DNA of 63,650 bases, filler included. It is 9 parts of 9 records of this genome, joined end to end, with 100 filler letters (N's around TTAATTAATTAA, not from the genome) between each part and the next. Parts side by side here need not be neighbours in the genome. Positions count along the whole stretch, not along the records: positions 1 to 8,523 come from SRR31147125_43706; 8 more parts are not named here. One strand, given 5' to 3'. The notes beneath the pieces are model-generated. The model ran no database searches, had not been told where the DNA came from, and saw only the letters and a list, made by a program, of their open reading frames with translations. The stretch's first letter is position 1. Each line of letters opens with the position of its first letter. A program made the position numbers and the translations under genes. Below, piece by piece: positions 1-8,623 of the stretch.

Positions 1-55
1 TTTACTGTCTGTTAATCATGGTTCAGTCCAATGGTTTGCGGGTCAATATTATCTT

Positions 56-2242
56 TCAAAACGTGTGCCATTCCGGGAAAGTTGTTATTACATTATCTTT
101 GGAAGCAGAACTATCGCTGCGTATATAGTTCAACAATTCATCCAGAGGTACAGCCTTACTGAATAAATAACCCTGATACAGCTCACAGCCAAGTTCGTGA
201 AGGATATCTCGCTGCTCCGGCTGCTCAACAAATTCCGCAACGACGCGGTAATGGAGCGTTTGTCCAAGTGTGACAATGGAGGAAATGATGTTCCGGCAGT
301 TGAGATTCGGTATGATTTCACGCACAAGCGAGCCATCCAGTTTGATGGTATGAAAGTTATATTCCTTCAGATACATCAGGCTGCTGTGACCGGCGCCGAA
401 ATCGTCCATGGCGAGCTTGATGCCGAGCTTGCTGAGTTCATCGATATGACGGGTAATCTTGAGGCTGCTTGATAAGGCCAGCCTTTCCGTAATCTCGATT
501 TGAAGATCTGTGGGCTTGATACCATGCCTGTCTATAATACGTGCGAGCTCCTGTGTGAAATTCTCGTTTTCAAGCTGGGTGGCCGAAACGTTGACACAAA
601 CCGTTACATGGCTGATGCCGGATTTTCGCATTTGATGTAAATCCCGACACGCTTTGTCGAAGATCAGACGGCCAAGGCTGTCGATCAGGCCGGCTTCCTC
701 CGCCAGCGCAATGACGAGAGGCGGGCTGATTAATCCGTAACTGCTATGGTTCCAGCGCAGCAGCGCTTCAACGGAAACGACGTTGCCGTCTGCGTCGACA
801 ATGGGCTGATAGTGCAGGTCGATGGCCCCTTTTCGCAGGTCATGCTCAAAATCAACAGAGAGCGACCGGGCTATGCTGCCGACGATGTCAAGCCGTGTCA
901 TCAGGGAGGAAACGGCGCCATGCTCCTCAAACTGCCGGAAAGCCTCATAAATTTTCTTTAGGTTTTGCTCTTTTTTAATCGCGTGCGCTTTGGCCGATAA
1001 TTTAACAAATGGTATGTAGCAAAGAGTACCAACAGCCAGATTAAGAAGCTGCAGGACGCTGCCCATAATTGATCCTGTAGAAAGATAACCGCTTAGGAAT
1101 ATCGGTGTTGTCCACTCCACCATATTTGTTGTATAGGGGACAAGTCCGGCCTGTGTGGCCAAGAAGGATACGGCTGTCAAAACAAGCGGAACGCCGACAA
1201 AGGGAATTAGATAAACGGGATTTAAAACAATGGGAATACCAAAAACCATTAGCTCGTTGATATTAAACAATACCGGTACCATCGACATCCTTGATAAACG
1301 GACCTGGCTTTTATTGCCGCCGACAATAAAAATAGCCGCGATTAGACAGAGGATTGTGCCACAGCCGCCCATCAGCACGAATGTATCAAAAAATGTTTTG
1401 GTGAATACTTCTGTGGGAGCGAGACCTGCGGCAACAAGCTGCTGGTTTGTATGGAGCGCCGGAACAAAAATATCCTGAGCTACGGAATCAAGCATGTTGC
1501 TGCCGTGTATTCCGAAAAACCAGGTTAGATGAATTAGCAGAATAAAAAAGAAGCCTTTGCCGAACGCCGAGCGTATGTGCATAAATAAACCGACAAACCC
1601 GGACGAAATCATGGTTTGCAGATTTTCTATCCCGAAGAAATAATGCAGCGCCTGGTTGAGGCCGGCGAATAAAGCAATGGTCAGACTGGCTGGAATAAAC
1701 AGCGATATCGCGTTGCTGAAGCTTGGGTTTGCCCCGTCGAATAAAACCCGTATACGAAAGGCTTTGATACCGCTCAGTGTTCGAAACAATAAAGTTGCCG
1801 TCAGCGAAACGACAAGTGCTGTAAATATACCGGTAACGCCAAAATATGAAATCGAAAACCCTGTTTCCGTGATGCCCAGCAGTGCGATATAAGAGCAAAG
1901 AGATGTGACCGCTGCCGTGATCGGTATGGTAAACCCCTGATCGCTGTTGAATTCCCGTGCGTAGGAATAGCTGACGGCAATAACAGAAATCAATGAAAAG
2001 GCGTTAAAGGTGCCGTCACGGATATAAAGCAGGACATTGTCCCATTCCGGGCCAAATACGCGATTCATCATGCTTTGATACGCGTTAATCGGCAGGCTCA
2101 GGAGAATCAGTGCAATCGAGCCAATCATTACGAAGGGGATCATATATGTAAAGCCGTTCTGTATCGCTGTAAGAATCGGTTTTCGTAAAATAATATCGTT
2201 GAAATTATATAAGTGGTCGTAGATTCTGTTGAGGATTTTCAT
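56..2242 (-). CDS. PTS EIIC (cellobiose/lactose-type) membrane domain fused to an EAL c-di-GMP phosphodiesterase
   Basis: N-terminal multi-TM region with EIIC motifs (WFFGIHG, FNINELMVFGIPIVLNP, PYTT..V.WTTP); C-terminal EAL domain (YQP, VEALLRW, MDDFGAGHSS, IKLD, VAEFVE, QGYLFSK). Confidence 0.9.
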   Translation of the reverse strand: MKILNRIYDHLYNFNDIILRKPILTAIQNGFTYMIPFVMIGSIALILLSLPINAYQSMMNRVFGPEWDNVLLYIRDGTFNAFSLISVIAVSYSYAREFNSDQGFTIPITAAVTSLCSYIALLGITETGFSISYFGVTGIFTALVVSLTATLLFRTLSGIKAFRIRVLFDGANPSFSNAISLFIPASLTIALFAGLNQALHYFFGIENLQTMISSGFVGLFMHIRSAFGKGFFFILLIHLTWFFGIHGSNMLDSVAQDIFVPALHTNQQLVAAGLAPTEVFTKTFFDTFVLMGGCGTILCLIAAIFIVGGNKSQVRLSRMSMVPVLFNINELMVFGIPIVLNPVYLIPFVGVPLVLTAVSFLATQAGLVPYTTNMVEWTTPIFLSGYLSTGSIMGSVLQLLNLAVGTLCYIPFVKLSAKAHAIKKEQNLKKIYEAFRQFEEHGAVSSLMTRLDIVGSIARSLSVDFEHDLRKGAIDLHYQPIVDADGNVVSVEALLRWNHSSYGLISPPLVIALAEEAGLIDSLGRLIFDKACRDLHQMRKSGISHVTVCVNVSATQLENENFTQELARIIDRHGIKPTDLQIEITERLALSSSLKITRHIDELSKLGIKLAMDDFGAGHSSLMYLKEYNFHTIKLDGSLVREIIPNLNCRNIISSIVTLGQTLHYRVVAEFVEQPEQRDILHELGCELYQGYLFSKAVPLDELLNYIRSDSSASKDNVITTFPEWHTF

Positions 2243-2356
2243 GGTGTCACCTGCCTACTATTATTATCGGCCGCTTAGCACGTAAAATTAGATAATTCTG
2301 TAAACGACGACAGAGAAATTTCAAGGAGGAGCGGCCGATTCTATAGTGACAAATCA

Positions 2357-2397
2357 ACTAAAAATCTCCGGTACTATAGCAAACCGGAGATTTTAGT
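2357..2397 (-). terminator. intrinsic terminator of ku-ligD
   Basis: Inverted repeat ACTAAAAATCTCCGGT / ACCGGAGATTTTAGT about 30 nt after the ligD stop, followed by a T-run on the minus strand. Confidence 0.75.
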
Positions 2398-2424
2398 ATA
2401 GTAAGGAAAATGGGGGAGAAGCGC

Positions 2425-4863
2425 CTATTTTAAGAGCTGATGGTTCTCAAAGAAATCTGCCCATGGGCTGCGCAGCTCTATTCTCCGGATCGCGTCCTCC
2501 ATCGTGACGCCGGACGGAGCAACCGTGTCTAGCTCGTCCCATGAGATAGGCATTGAAACACGCGCCCCTTTTCGTGCGCGGATTGAGTAGGGGGCGATGC
2601 TCGTAGCGCCGCGGCCGTTCCGGATCCAATCGATAAATATTTTGTTCTTACGCGCTGCTTTTCGGACGTTGCTTGTATAGCGGTCGGGCCATTTCTGTTC
2701 CATAACTTCGGCGATGCGACGGGCAAAATCATGAAACGTATCCCATGGAACAGACGGCTTTAAGGGAACGACCACGTGATATCCTTTGCCGCCGCTGGTT
2801 TTAAGATAGCTTTTAAGCGACAGCTCGGACAAAATGCTTCTAACGTCCTTAACGCCTCGGCGAACATTGCTCAGCTCCATGTCTTCGTCCGGGTCCAGAT
2901 CAAATACCATCATATCCGGCTGCTCCAATGTGTCAACGCGGCTGCCCCAGGTGTGAAACTCCAGCGTTCCCATCTGTGTCTCGGCAATCAAGCCGGATAC
3001 ATTTTCAATATAAAAGTAATCTTCCGTATCACCGTCACTGTTCGTGACAGGTATTGTGACAATACCTCTGCTGCCGGGGCCGGGATGTTTTTTATAAAAG
3101 CAGGTTTCGGATATTCCCTTCGGACAGCGCACAATGCTTAAAACACGATACGATACATAAGGCAGCATGTGTGAGGCTACCTGATCATAGTACCGGATCA
3201 CATCCTCTTTGGTAATGTCGGGGTCATTAAACATAACCTTTTCCGGGTGGGTGATTTTGATCCCTTCAATCATAAGAGATTTTCCATCAGTTTTTGCCGG
3301 CATGTCGGTTTCCTCCTCGGATTGCTGACGTCTCGCCGCGTCACTCGTTTTTTCCCGTCTGACATCGCCGGGCGCCTTATCCGTGCGCAGGCCTTTGAAG
3401 CTGGCCTGGCGGAGCAGCTGCTCTGCCGTCCACTCGGCGAATTTGATTTCCGCAACCAGACGGGGCTCCAGCCAGGTAATTGTTTCAGACGATTTCGGCT
3501 TTGGTGACTGCTTAAAGGGGGATTCTTTTCTCTTGATATCTTTAAAATAGGCTTCAAGCTCATCCACATCGGCCTGGCTCAGACCCGTCCCGGCGCGTCC
3601 CGCATAAACGAGTTTTTCGTCTTCATAAATGCCTAAGAGCAGCGAGCTGATACCGTTCGTTTTTTTATCGGAAAGCGTATAGCCGCCAATAACAAATTGC
3701 TGACGATTATCGCATTTAAGCTTAATCCAGTCGCCGTTGCGCGTTCCACTGTAGATACTGTCGGCTTTTTTGCCGACGATTCCCTCAAGGCCCGATTCGC
3801 ACGCGGCGGCAAAGCTGTTTTGGCCGTTTCCACGAACATGCTGGCTGAAGTGAAGATTATTCGGAGCATCCAGCATCAGCGCTTCCAGCTTTTCCTTCCG
3901 GTCAATCAGCCGTTGGTTGCGCAAATCCTCGCCGTTAAACGCCAGAAGATCAAAGACGATATAGGAGAGAGACTGACCTTTGGGATTTTTTATATAGTTC
4001 TGCAAAGCCTGAAAATCCGTTTTGCCGTTTTCGTCCGTCACAGCCATTTCGCCGTCGAGCACCATTGCCTTTCCGGCGGACCAATCGGAAAGGGAAGTGG
4101 CGACGGGCTGGAAGCGCGCCGTATAATCGTGGCCGTTTCGGGTGATCAGCCGCACGGCATTATTTTCTATAAACGCAATGATCCTGTAGCCGTCATACTT
4201 GAGCTCGTACAGCCAGCCCTCATCCTCGGGAATCTTATTTACTAATTTGGCCAGCTGTACATCAACCGTACTGAAAGGGTTTTTAATGAATTTCTCGTCT
4301 TCGCCCTGCTCGATTTCAGTCATTGTCCGTCCGGTTCGGATGCTGTCATCGAAATCGGCAACACGTTCGTCCGTGTTGGCGTACTCGTCTTTTTCTTTGA
4401 GCAAGAGCCAATTGTTTTTTGCCTCGCCGGCCTTGGCTTTCAGGCGAATTAAAGCCCACTTTCCGCGCAGTCTTTTTCCATACAAGATAAGCTTCAGCGC
4501 GCCGTCCCGGAGACCTTCCTTGACGTTACCCTGTGGCTCCCAAAAGCCCTCGTCCCACAGCATAACGGTGCCGCCGCCGTACTCGCCCTTGGGAATGGTA
4601 CCCTCGAAGTTCCGGTAATCGAGGGGATGGTCCTCCACCTGTATGGCCAGGCGCTTGTCATGCGTATTATAAGACGGACCTTTGGGTATTGCCCAGCTTA
4701 AAAGCACGCCGTCCCATTCCAGACGAAAATCGTAATGGTCCCGGCTGGCCAGATGATGCTGGACGACAAAACGCAGACCCTCGCCGGGCTGAGTTACTTC
4801 ACCCTGAGGTTCTCCGGTTTTTTCAAAATCGCGTTTTTGATGGTACGTTTCTAATTTAACCAT
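2425..4863 (-). CDS. ligD: NHEJ DNA ligase D (phosphoesterase-ligase-polymerase)
   Basis: PE motif VVQHHLASRDHYDFRLE; ligase motif I ELKYDGYR; polymerase motifs VFDLDP and KTSGGKGYHV; lies next to ku. Confidence 0.96.
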   Translation of the reverse strand: MVKLETYHQKRDFEKTGEPQGEVTQPGEGLRFVVQHHLASRDHYDFRLEWDGVLLSWAIPKGPSYNTHDKRLAIQVEDHPLDYRNFEGTIPKGEYGGGTVMLWDEGFWEPQGNVKEGLRDGALKLILYGKRLRGKWALIRLKAKAGEAKNNWLLLKEKDEYANTDERVADFDDSIRTGRTMTEIEQGEDEKFIKNPFSTVDVQLAKLVNKIPEDEGWLYELKYDGYRIIAFIENNAVRLITRNGHDYTARFQPVATSLSDWSAGKAMVLDGEMAVTDENGKTDFQALQNYIKNPKGQSLSYIVFDLLAFNGEDLRNQRLIDRKEKLEALMLDAPNNLHFSQHVRGNGQNSFAAACESGLEGIVGKKADSIYSGTRNGDWIKLKCDNRQQFVIGGYTLSDKKTNGISSLLLGIYEDEKLVYAGRAGTGLSQADVDELEAYFKDIKRKESPFKQSPKPKSSETITWLEPRLVAEIKFAEWTAEQLLRQASFKGLRTDKAPGDVRREKTSDAARRQQSEEETDMPAKTDGKSLMIEGIKITHPEKVMFNDPDITKEDVIRYYDQVASHMLPYVSYRVLSIVRCPKGISETCFYKKHPGPGSRGIVTIPVTNSDGDTEDYFYIENVSGLIAETQMGTLEFHTWGSRVDTLEQPDMMVFDLDPDEDMELSNVRRGVKDVRSILSELSLKSYLKTSGGKGYHVVVPLKPSVPWDTFHDFARRIAEVMEQKWPDRYTSNVRKAARKNKIFIDWIRNGRGATSIAPYSIRARKGARVSMPISWDELDTVAPSGVTMEDAIRRIELRSPWADFFENHQLLK

Positions 4864-4868
4864 ACGAA

Positions 4869-5642
4869 CTATGCCGGCGCTTTTTCTTTTTGGGCCTTTT
4901 CAACACTGGCTTTCAGGGCATCCATAAGATCGATGACTTTGCCGGCGCTCTCTGGTTCTGCGGCGATGATTTCCTTGCCGGAGATTTTCTTTTCAATGAG
5001 CTCGTGGAGCTTGACCTGATATTCGTCTTTATATTTTGACGGATCAAACGGCGTGTCCATCGAATTGATAAGCGTTTTAGCCATGTTCAGTTCCTGGTCG
5101 GAAACAGCCGGCTTGTTATATTGCTTTTGAAGCTCTCTTATATCATCGGCATAGAACATGGTGGAAATGAGCACGCCGTCTTCGCGCGGGATGATTGCCA
5201 TCAGGGTGTCCTTCGTGCCCATGACGGTTTTGCCAATAGCTATTTTCTGCTCACCCATCAGCGCGGCCCGGAGCAGCTCAAAGGCCTTCTCGCCGCCCGT
5301 TTCGGGTACGGCCTGATAAGTCTTGTCATAATAGACGGGGGAGATCTGGTTGAGCTGAGCAAAGTGCAGGATTTGAATAGATTTTTCCTTTTCCGTTTTA
5401 ATCTTTTCAATCTCTTCATCCGTAACAACGACGTATTTATCCTTGTCGTATTCATAACCCTTGACGATATCCTGCGTCGTGATTTCCTTGCCGCAATGGG
5501 CGCACGTTTTCTTATACCGGATACGGCTGTTGTCATCCTTGTGCAGCTGATTAAAATGAATGTCATTATCCTGTGTCGCCGTGTACATGGCGATCGGGAT
5601 AGCGACCATGCCAAATGTTATAACCGATTTACGCGATACCAT
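4869..5642 (-). CDS. ku: NHEJ Ku protein
   Basis: ITFGMVAIPI, FNQLH, RIRYKK, DIVKGYEY and VIDLMDALKAS motifs; ATG at 5642 preceded by a GGAGGTG RBS. Confidence 0.95.
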   Translation of the reverse strand: MVSRKSVITFGMVAIPIAMYTATQDNDIHFNQLHKDDNSRIRYKKTCAHCGKEITTQDIVKGYEYDKDKYVVVTDEEIEKIKTEKEKSIQILHFAQLNQISPVYYDKTYQAVPETGGEKAFELLRAALMGEQKIAIGKTVMGTKDTLMAIIPREDGVLISTMFYADDIRELQKQYNKPAVSDQELNMAKTLINSMDTPFDPSKYKDEYQVKLHELIEKKISGKEIIAAEPESAGKVIDLMDALKASVEKAQKEKAPA

Positions 5643-5660
5643 AATAAACACCTCCGAAAG

Positions 5661-5689
5661 TAGTGTTTCCCAATGGATTGCAAGTATCC
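5661..5689 (-). promoter_or_regulatory. candidate forespore (SigF/SigG-type) promoter of ku-ligD
   Basis: Minus strand GGATA-N14-GGAAACACTA, versus SigF-like consensus GYATA-N15-GGnnAnAHTR. Confidence 0.35.
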
Positions 5690-5753
5690 GATAGGGCTGC
5701 TATGACTGTGGACAAACTGCACCAGCTGGTATTATTTATAATAATAATAACCG

Positions 5754-5803
5754 TTGACAATGCCGGTATTAAGTGTTACAATATACCGGTACTAAGTAAT
5801 ACA
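5754..5803 (+). promoter_or_regulatory. sigma70/A promoter of the padR operon with two overlapping 18-bp operator-like repeats
   Basis: TTGACA(5754)-17 bp-TACAAT(5777) with an extended TG; repeats CCGGTATTAAGTGTTACA (5763-5780) and CCGGTACTAAGTAATACA (5786-5803). Confidence 0.8.
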
Positions 5804-5824
5804 GAATAGCGAGAGGTGATCATA

Positions 5825-6148
5825 CTGGAAAACCTGACGGAAATGCTCAAAGGCGTGCTTGAGGGTTGCGTTCTGGAAATTATAAATCGCGGAGAAACCT
5901 ACGGCTATGAAATCACGCGGCGACTCAATGCTTTGGGATTTACGGATGTTGTAGACGGTACGGTTTACACCATTCTAGTACGGCTTGAGAAAAATAAGCT
6001 CGTGGACATAGAAAAAAAGCCGTCCGATATGGGACCGCCGCGAAAGTTTTTTATACTCAACGAAAAAGGACGCGACGAGCTTCGGAGATTCTGGGAAAAA
6101 TGGGCGTTCCTATCATCGAAAATCACCGAGCTAAAGGAGAACATGTAA
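5825..6148 (+). CDS. PadR-family transcriptional regulator (start probably CTG 5825; alternatives GTG 5816 or ATG 5843)
   Basis: MLKGVLEGCVL..I...ETYGYEI, GTVYTILVRLEK and GPPRKF motifs. Confidence 0.93.
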   Translation: MENLTEMLKGVLEGCVLEIINRGETYGYEITRRLNALGFTDVVDGTVYTILVRLEKNKLVDIEKKPSDMGPPRKFFILNEKGRDELRRFWEKWAFLSSKITELKENM

Positions 6149-6495
6149 TGAATTTCTGGGAAAGAATCACGGGCAGCGACATGACAAGGGAATTAAAAGC
6201 TTTTGAGCTGCGCGCTAACAAGCTGCCGGCTGATTATCAGGCGGCATGGGAAGAAATTAAGGCCAATCTGTGGCCGCACTCAGATTTTACCGGACGTAAC
6301 CTCATGCCGATCCTTGACGGTGTGCTCGGTCTGCTCGAAGAGACGGCAAATGACGGCCAGAGCGTGGGGGAGGCATTAGGCGATGATATTAATGGCTTTT
6401 GTTCAGCGCTGGCCGGGGAAGAAGGGGCAAGGTCTTTTCGTGACAAGTGGCGCGAGCAGCTCAACAACAATATTGCCAAGAAATTGGGCCAATAG
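6148..6495 (+). CDS. DUF1048-family protein
   Basis: RANKLPADYQAAWEEIK..LW and LG.DI.GFC pattern; TAATG overlap with padR. Confidence 0.85.
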   Translation: MNFWERITGSDMTRELKAFELRANKLPADYQAAWEEIKANLWPHSDFTGRNLMPILDGVLGLLEETANDGQSVGEALGDDINGFCSALAGEEGARSFRDKWREQLNNNIAKKLGQ

Positions 6496-6504
6496 GAGAA
6501 CAAC

Positions 6505-6864
6505 ATGAGAATACAGGATATTATCGAAGGTAAAAATGAGTGGCGGGCACACATGGTGCGTGTCAAAGCACTCCCTGAGGATTATCAGTTTGTTTATAAA
6601 GAGATGCAGAAATATCTCTTTAAGGTCGGACCTGTAGAGCTGACCGAAGGAACGGATTTGCTTTCAGGAATTGTCGACCTTTTCCAAGAGGGTGCGTCCA
6701 TGGGGAAAAGCGTACTGGAGGTCACGGGCAAAGACGTCGCAGCTTTTTGTGATGAACTGATCAAGGATTCAAAAACGTACGCTGACATCTATCAGGAATC
6801 TGCTCAGCAGGAGGTTAGCAAGGCTATGAAAAAGTATACGGATAAAATAGGTAAGGACGGATAA
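6505..6864 (+). CDS. DUF1048-family protein
   Basis: RVKALPEDYQFVYKEMQKYLF and VTGKDVAAFCDELI. Confidence 0.87.
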   Translation: MRIQDIIEGKNEWRAHMVRVKALPEDYQFVYKEMQKYLFKVGPVELTEGTDLLSGIVDLFQEGASMGKSVLEVTGKDVAAFCDELIKDSKTYADIYQESAQQEVSKAMKKYTDKIGKDG

Positions 6865-6868
6865 CGGG

Positions 6869-7627
6869 ATGGAAAGAGCAATCGAGGTAAAGGATTTAAG
6901 AAAATCTTATAAAGATACCGAGGTATTAAAAAGCGTTGATTTCGAGGTTCAGCCCGGTGAGATATTCGCGCTTTTAGGCTCTAACGGCGCGGGAAAGACC
7001 ACGACGGTTAAAATTCTCGCAACGCTTCTCAAGGCCGATGGCGGCACGGCAAGTGTCTGCGGTTTTGACGTCCTGCGACAATCGGACAAGGTACGCCAAT
7101 CCATCAGCCTGACAGGGCAATTCGCCGCGGTGGACGGCGTTCTTACCGGGCGGGAAAACCTGATTCTTATTGCCAAGCTGCGTAGTATACCTGATCCCGC
7201 CCGTGTTGCCGACAGCCTGCTTGAACGCTTTGGACTCTGTGATGCCGCCAACAGGCGGGCCGCGACTTATTCAGGCGGCATGACGCGCCGGCTCGATATT
7301 GCCATGAGCCTTGTGGGTACGCCTCCCGTCCTATTCCTTGATGAGCCGACGACAGGGCTTGACCCGGAGGGGCGGCTTGAAGTCTGGAAAATGGTCAAAG
7401 AGCTGGCGTCGGGCGGAACGACGGTTTTTCTCACGACGCAGTATCTGGAGGAAGCGGAGCAGCTGGCCGATAAAATCGCGATCCTGCACGGCGGTAAAAT
7501 CATCGCAAATGGGACGCTGAATGAGCTTAAAAAGCTGTTCCCGCCCGCAAAAGTCGAGTACATAGAAAAACAGCCGTCTCTGGAGGATATATTCCTGGCC
7601 ATTGTCGGCAAAAAGGTGGGGGATTAA
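6869..7627 (+). CDS. ABC exporter ATP-binding protein (DrrA-like)
   Basis: Walker A GSNGAGKTT, signature YSGGM, Walker B LFLDEPT. Confidence 0.95.
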   Translation: MERAIEVKDLRKSYKDTEVLKSVDFEVQPGEIFALLGSNGAGKTTTVKILATLLKADGGTASVCGFDVLRQSDKVRQSISLTGQFAAVDGVLTGRENLILIAKLRSIPDPARVADSLLERFGLCDAANRRAATYSGGMTRRLDIAMSLVGTPPVLFLDEPTTGLDPEGRLEVWKMVKELASGGTTVFLTTQYLEEAEQLADKIAILHGGKIIANGTLNELKKLFPPAKVEYIEKQPSLEDIFLAIVGKKVGD

Positions 7628-7628
7628 G

Positions 7629-8384
7629 ATGAAAAACAAAACCGGCGTATTGTTTGGACGGTCTATGCGCCACATAATCCGCAGCCCGGATACGATTATT
7701 ACAGTGGCGCTAGTACCGATTATGATGATGCTGCTGTTCGTTTTTGTTTACGGTGGTGCGATAAAAATGAGTATGGACCCAAGTGTGAATTATGTGAGCT
7801 ATATGCTGCCGGGCGTACTGCTGATGGCTATCGCCAGCGGCATAGCCTACACCTCTTTGCGGCTGTTCACGGATATACAGGGAGGGCTTTTCGCGCGGTT
7901 TAGCTCCATGCCCATCAAACGCTCGTCAATACTGTGGGGACATGTGCTGACCTCTCTTGTTTCAAATGCAATTTCCGTCCTTGTGATTATCCTGATTGCG
8001 CTGATTATAGGATTCCGTTCCAGCGCGGGCATCCTTTCATGGCTTGCCGTAACGGGGATACTTATGCTGTTTACGCTGGCGTTGACATGGGTTTCGATCC
8101 TGCCGGGCCTGACGGCTAAATCCATGGAGGGTGCGACGGCCTACTCATATCCTCTCATATTCCTGCCGTTCATCAGCTCCGCTTTTTCACCTTCCGAAAC
8201 CATGCCCGCCGCTGTACGTGCTTTTGCTGAAAATCAGCCTGTTTCATCAATAGTTGAAACGGTACGCGCACTTTTAAATTCGGACCCCGTCGGCTCTGAT
8301 ATTTGGGTTGCGCTGGCGTGGTGTGTCGGGATTATGGTTGTGGCGTACATATTTGCGATGCGGGCGTTTAAGAAAAAAGCATGA
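7629..8384 (+). CDS. ABC-2 type exporter permease
   Basis: About six TM segments; FLPFISSAF...TMP..VRAFAENQP motif; follows the ATPase. Confidence 0.92.
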   Translation: MKNKTGVLFGRSMRHIIRSPDTIITVALVPIMMMLLFVFVYGGAIKMSMDPSVNYVSYMLPGVLLMAIASGIAYTSLRLFTDIQGGLFARFSSMPIKRSSILWGHVLTSLVSNAISVLVIILIALIIGFRSSAGILSWLAVTGILMLFTLALTWVSILPGLTAKSMEGATAYSYPLIFLPFISSAFSPSETMPAAVRAFAENQPVSSIVETVRALLNSDPVGSDIWVALAWCVGIMVVAYIFAMRAFKKKA

Positions 8385-8478
8385 GTTCGCTTACCCGAAA
8401 AAGATACTGGCCGGTTGAGCATTGACCGGGCTCGCGGAATTGTTTAGGCATCATAATTTTACCGTCAGGGAGTCGTTG

Positions 8479-8523
8479 TGAACTGCACCCCTCAAGTTAG
8501 ACAGTATGATATACTGAAATAAC
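8479..8523 (+). mobile_element. probable terminal inverted repeat of an IS3-family insertion sequence, truncated by the contig end
   Basis: TGAACTGCACCCCTCAAGTTAGACA resembles Firmicutes IS3-family termini (5'-TG start); the contig ends within 45 bp of its start. Confidence 0.6.
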
Positions 8524-8623
8524 NNNNNNNNNNNNNNNNNNNNNNNNNNNNNNNNNNNNNNNNNNNNTTAATTAATTAANNNNNNNNNNNNNNNNNNNNN
8601 NNNNNNNNNNNNNNNNNNNNNNN
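8524..8623. other. artificial contig linker
   Basis: N44-TTAATTAATTAA-N44 (six-frame stop spacer). Confidence 0.99.
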
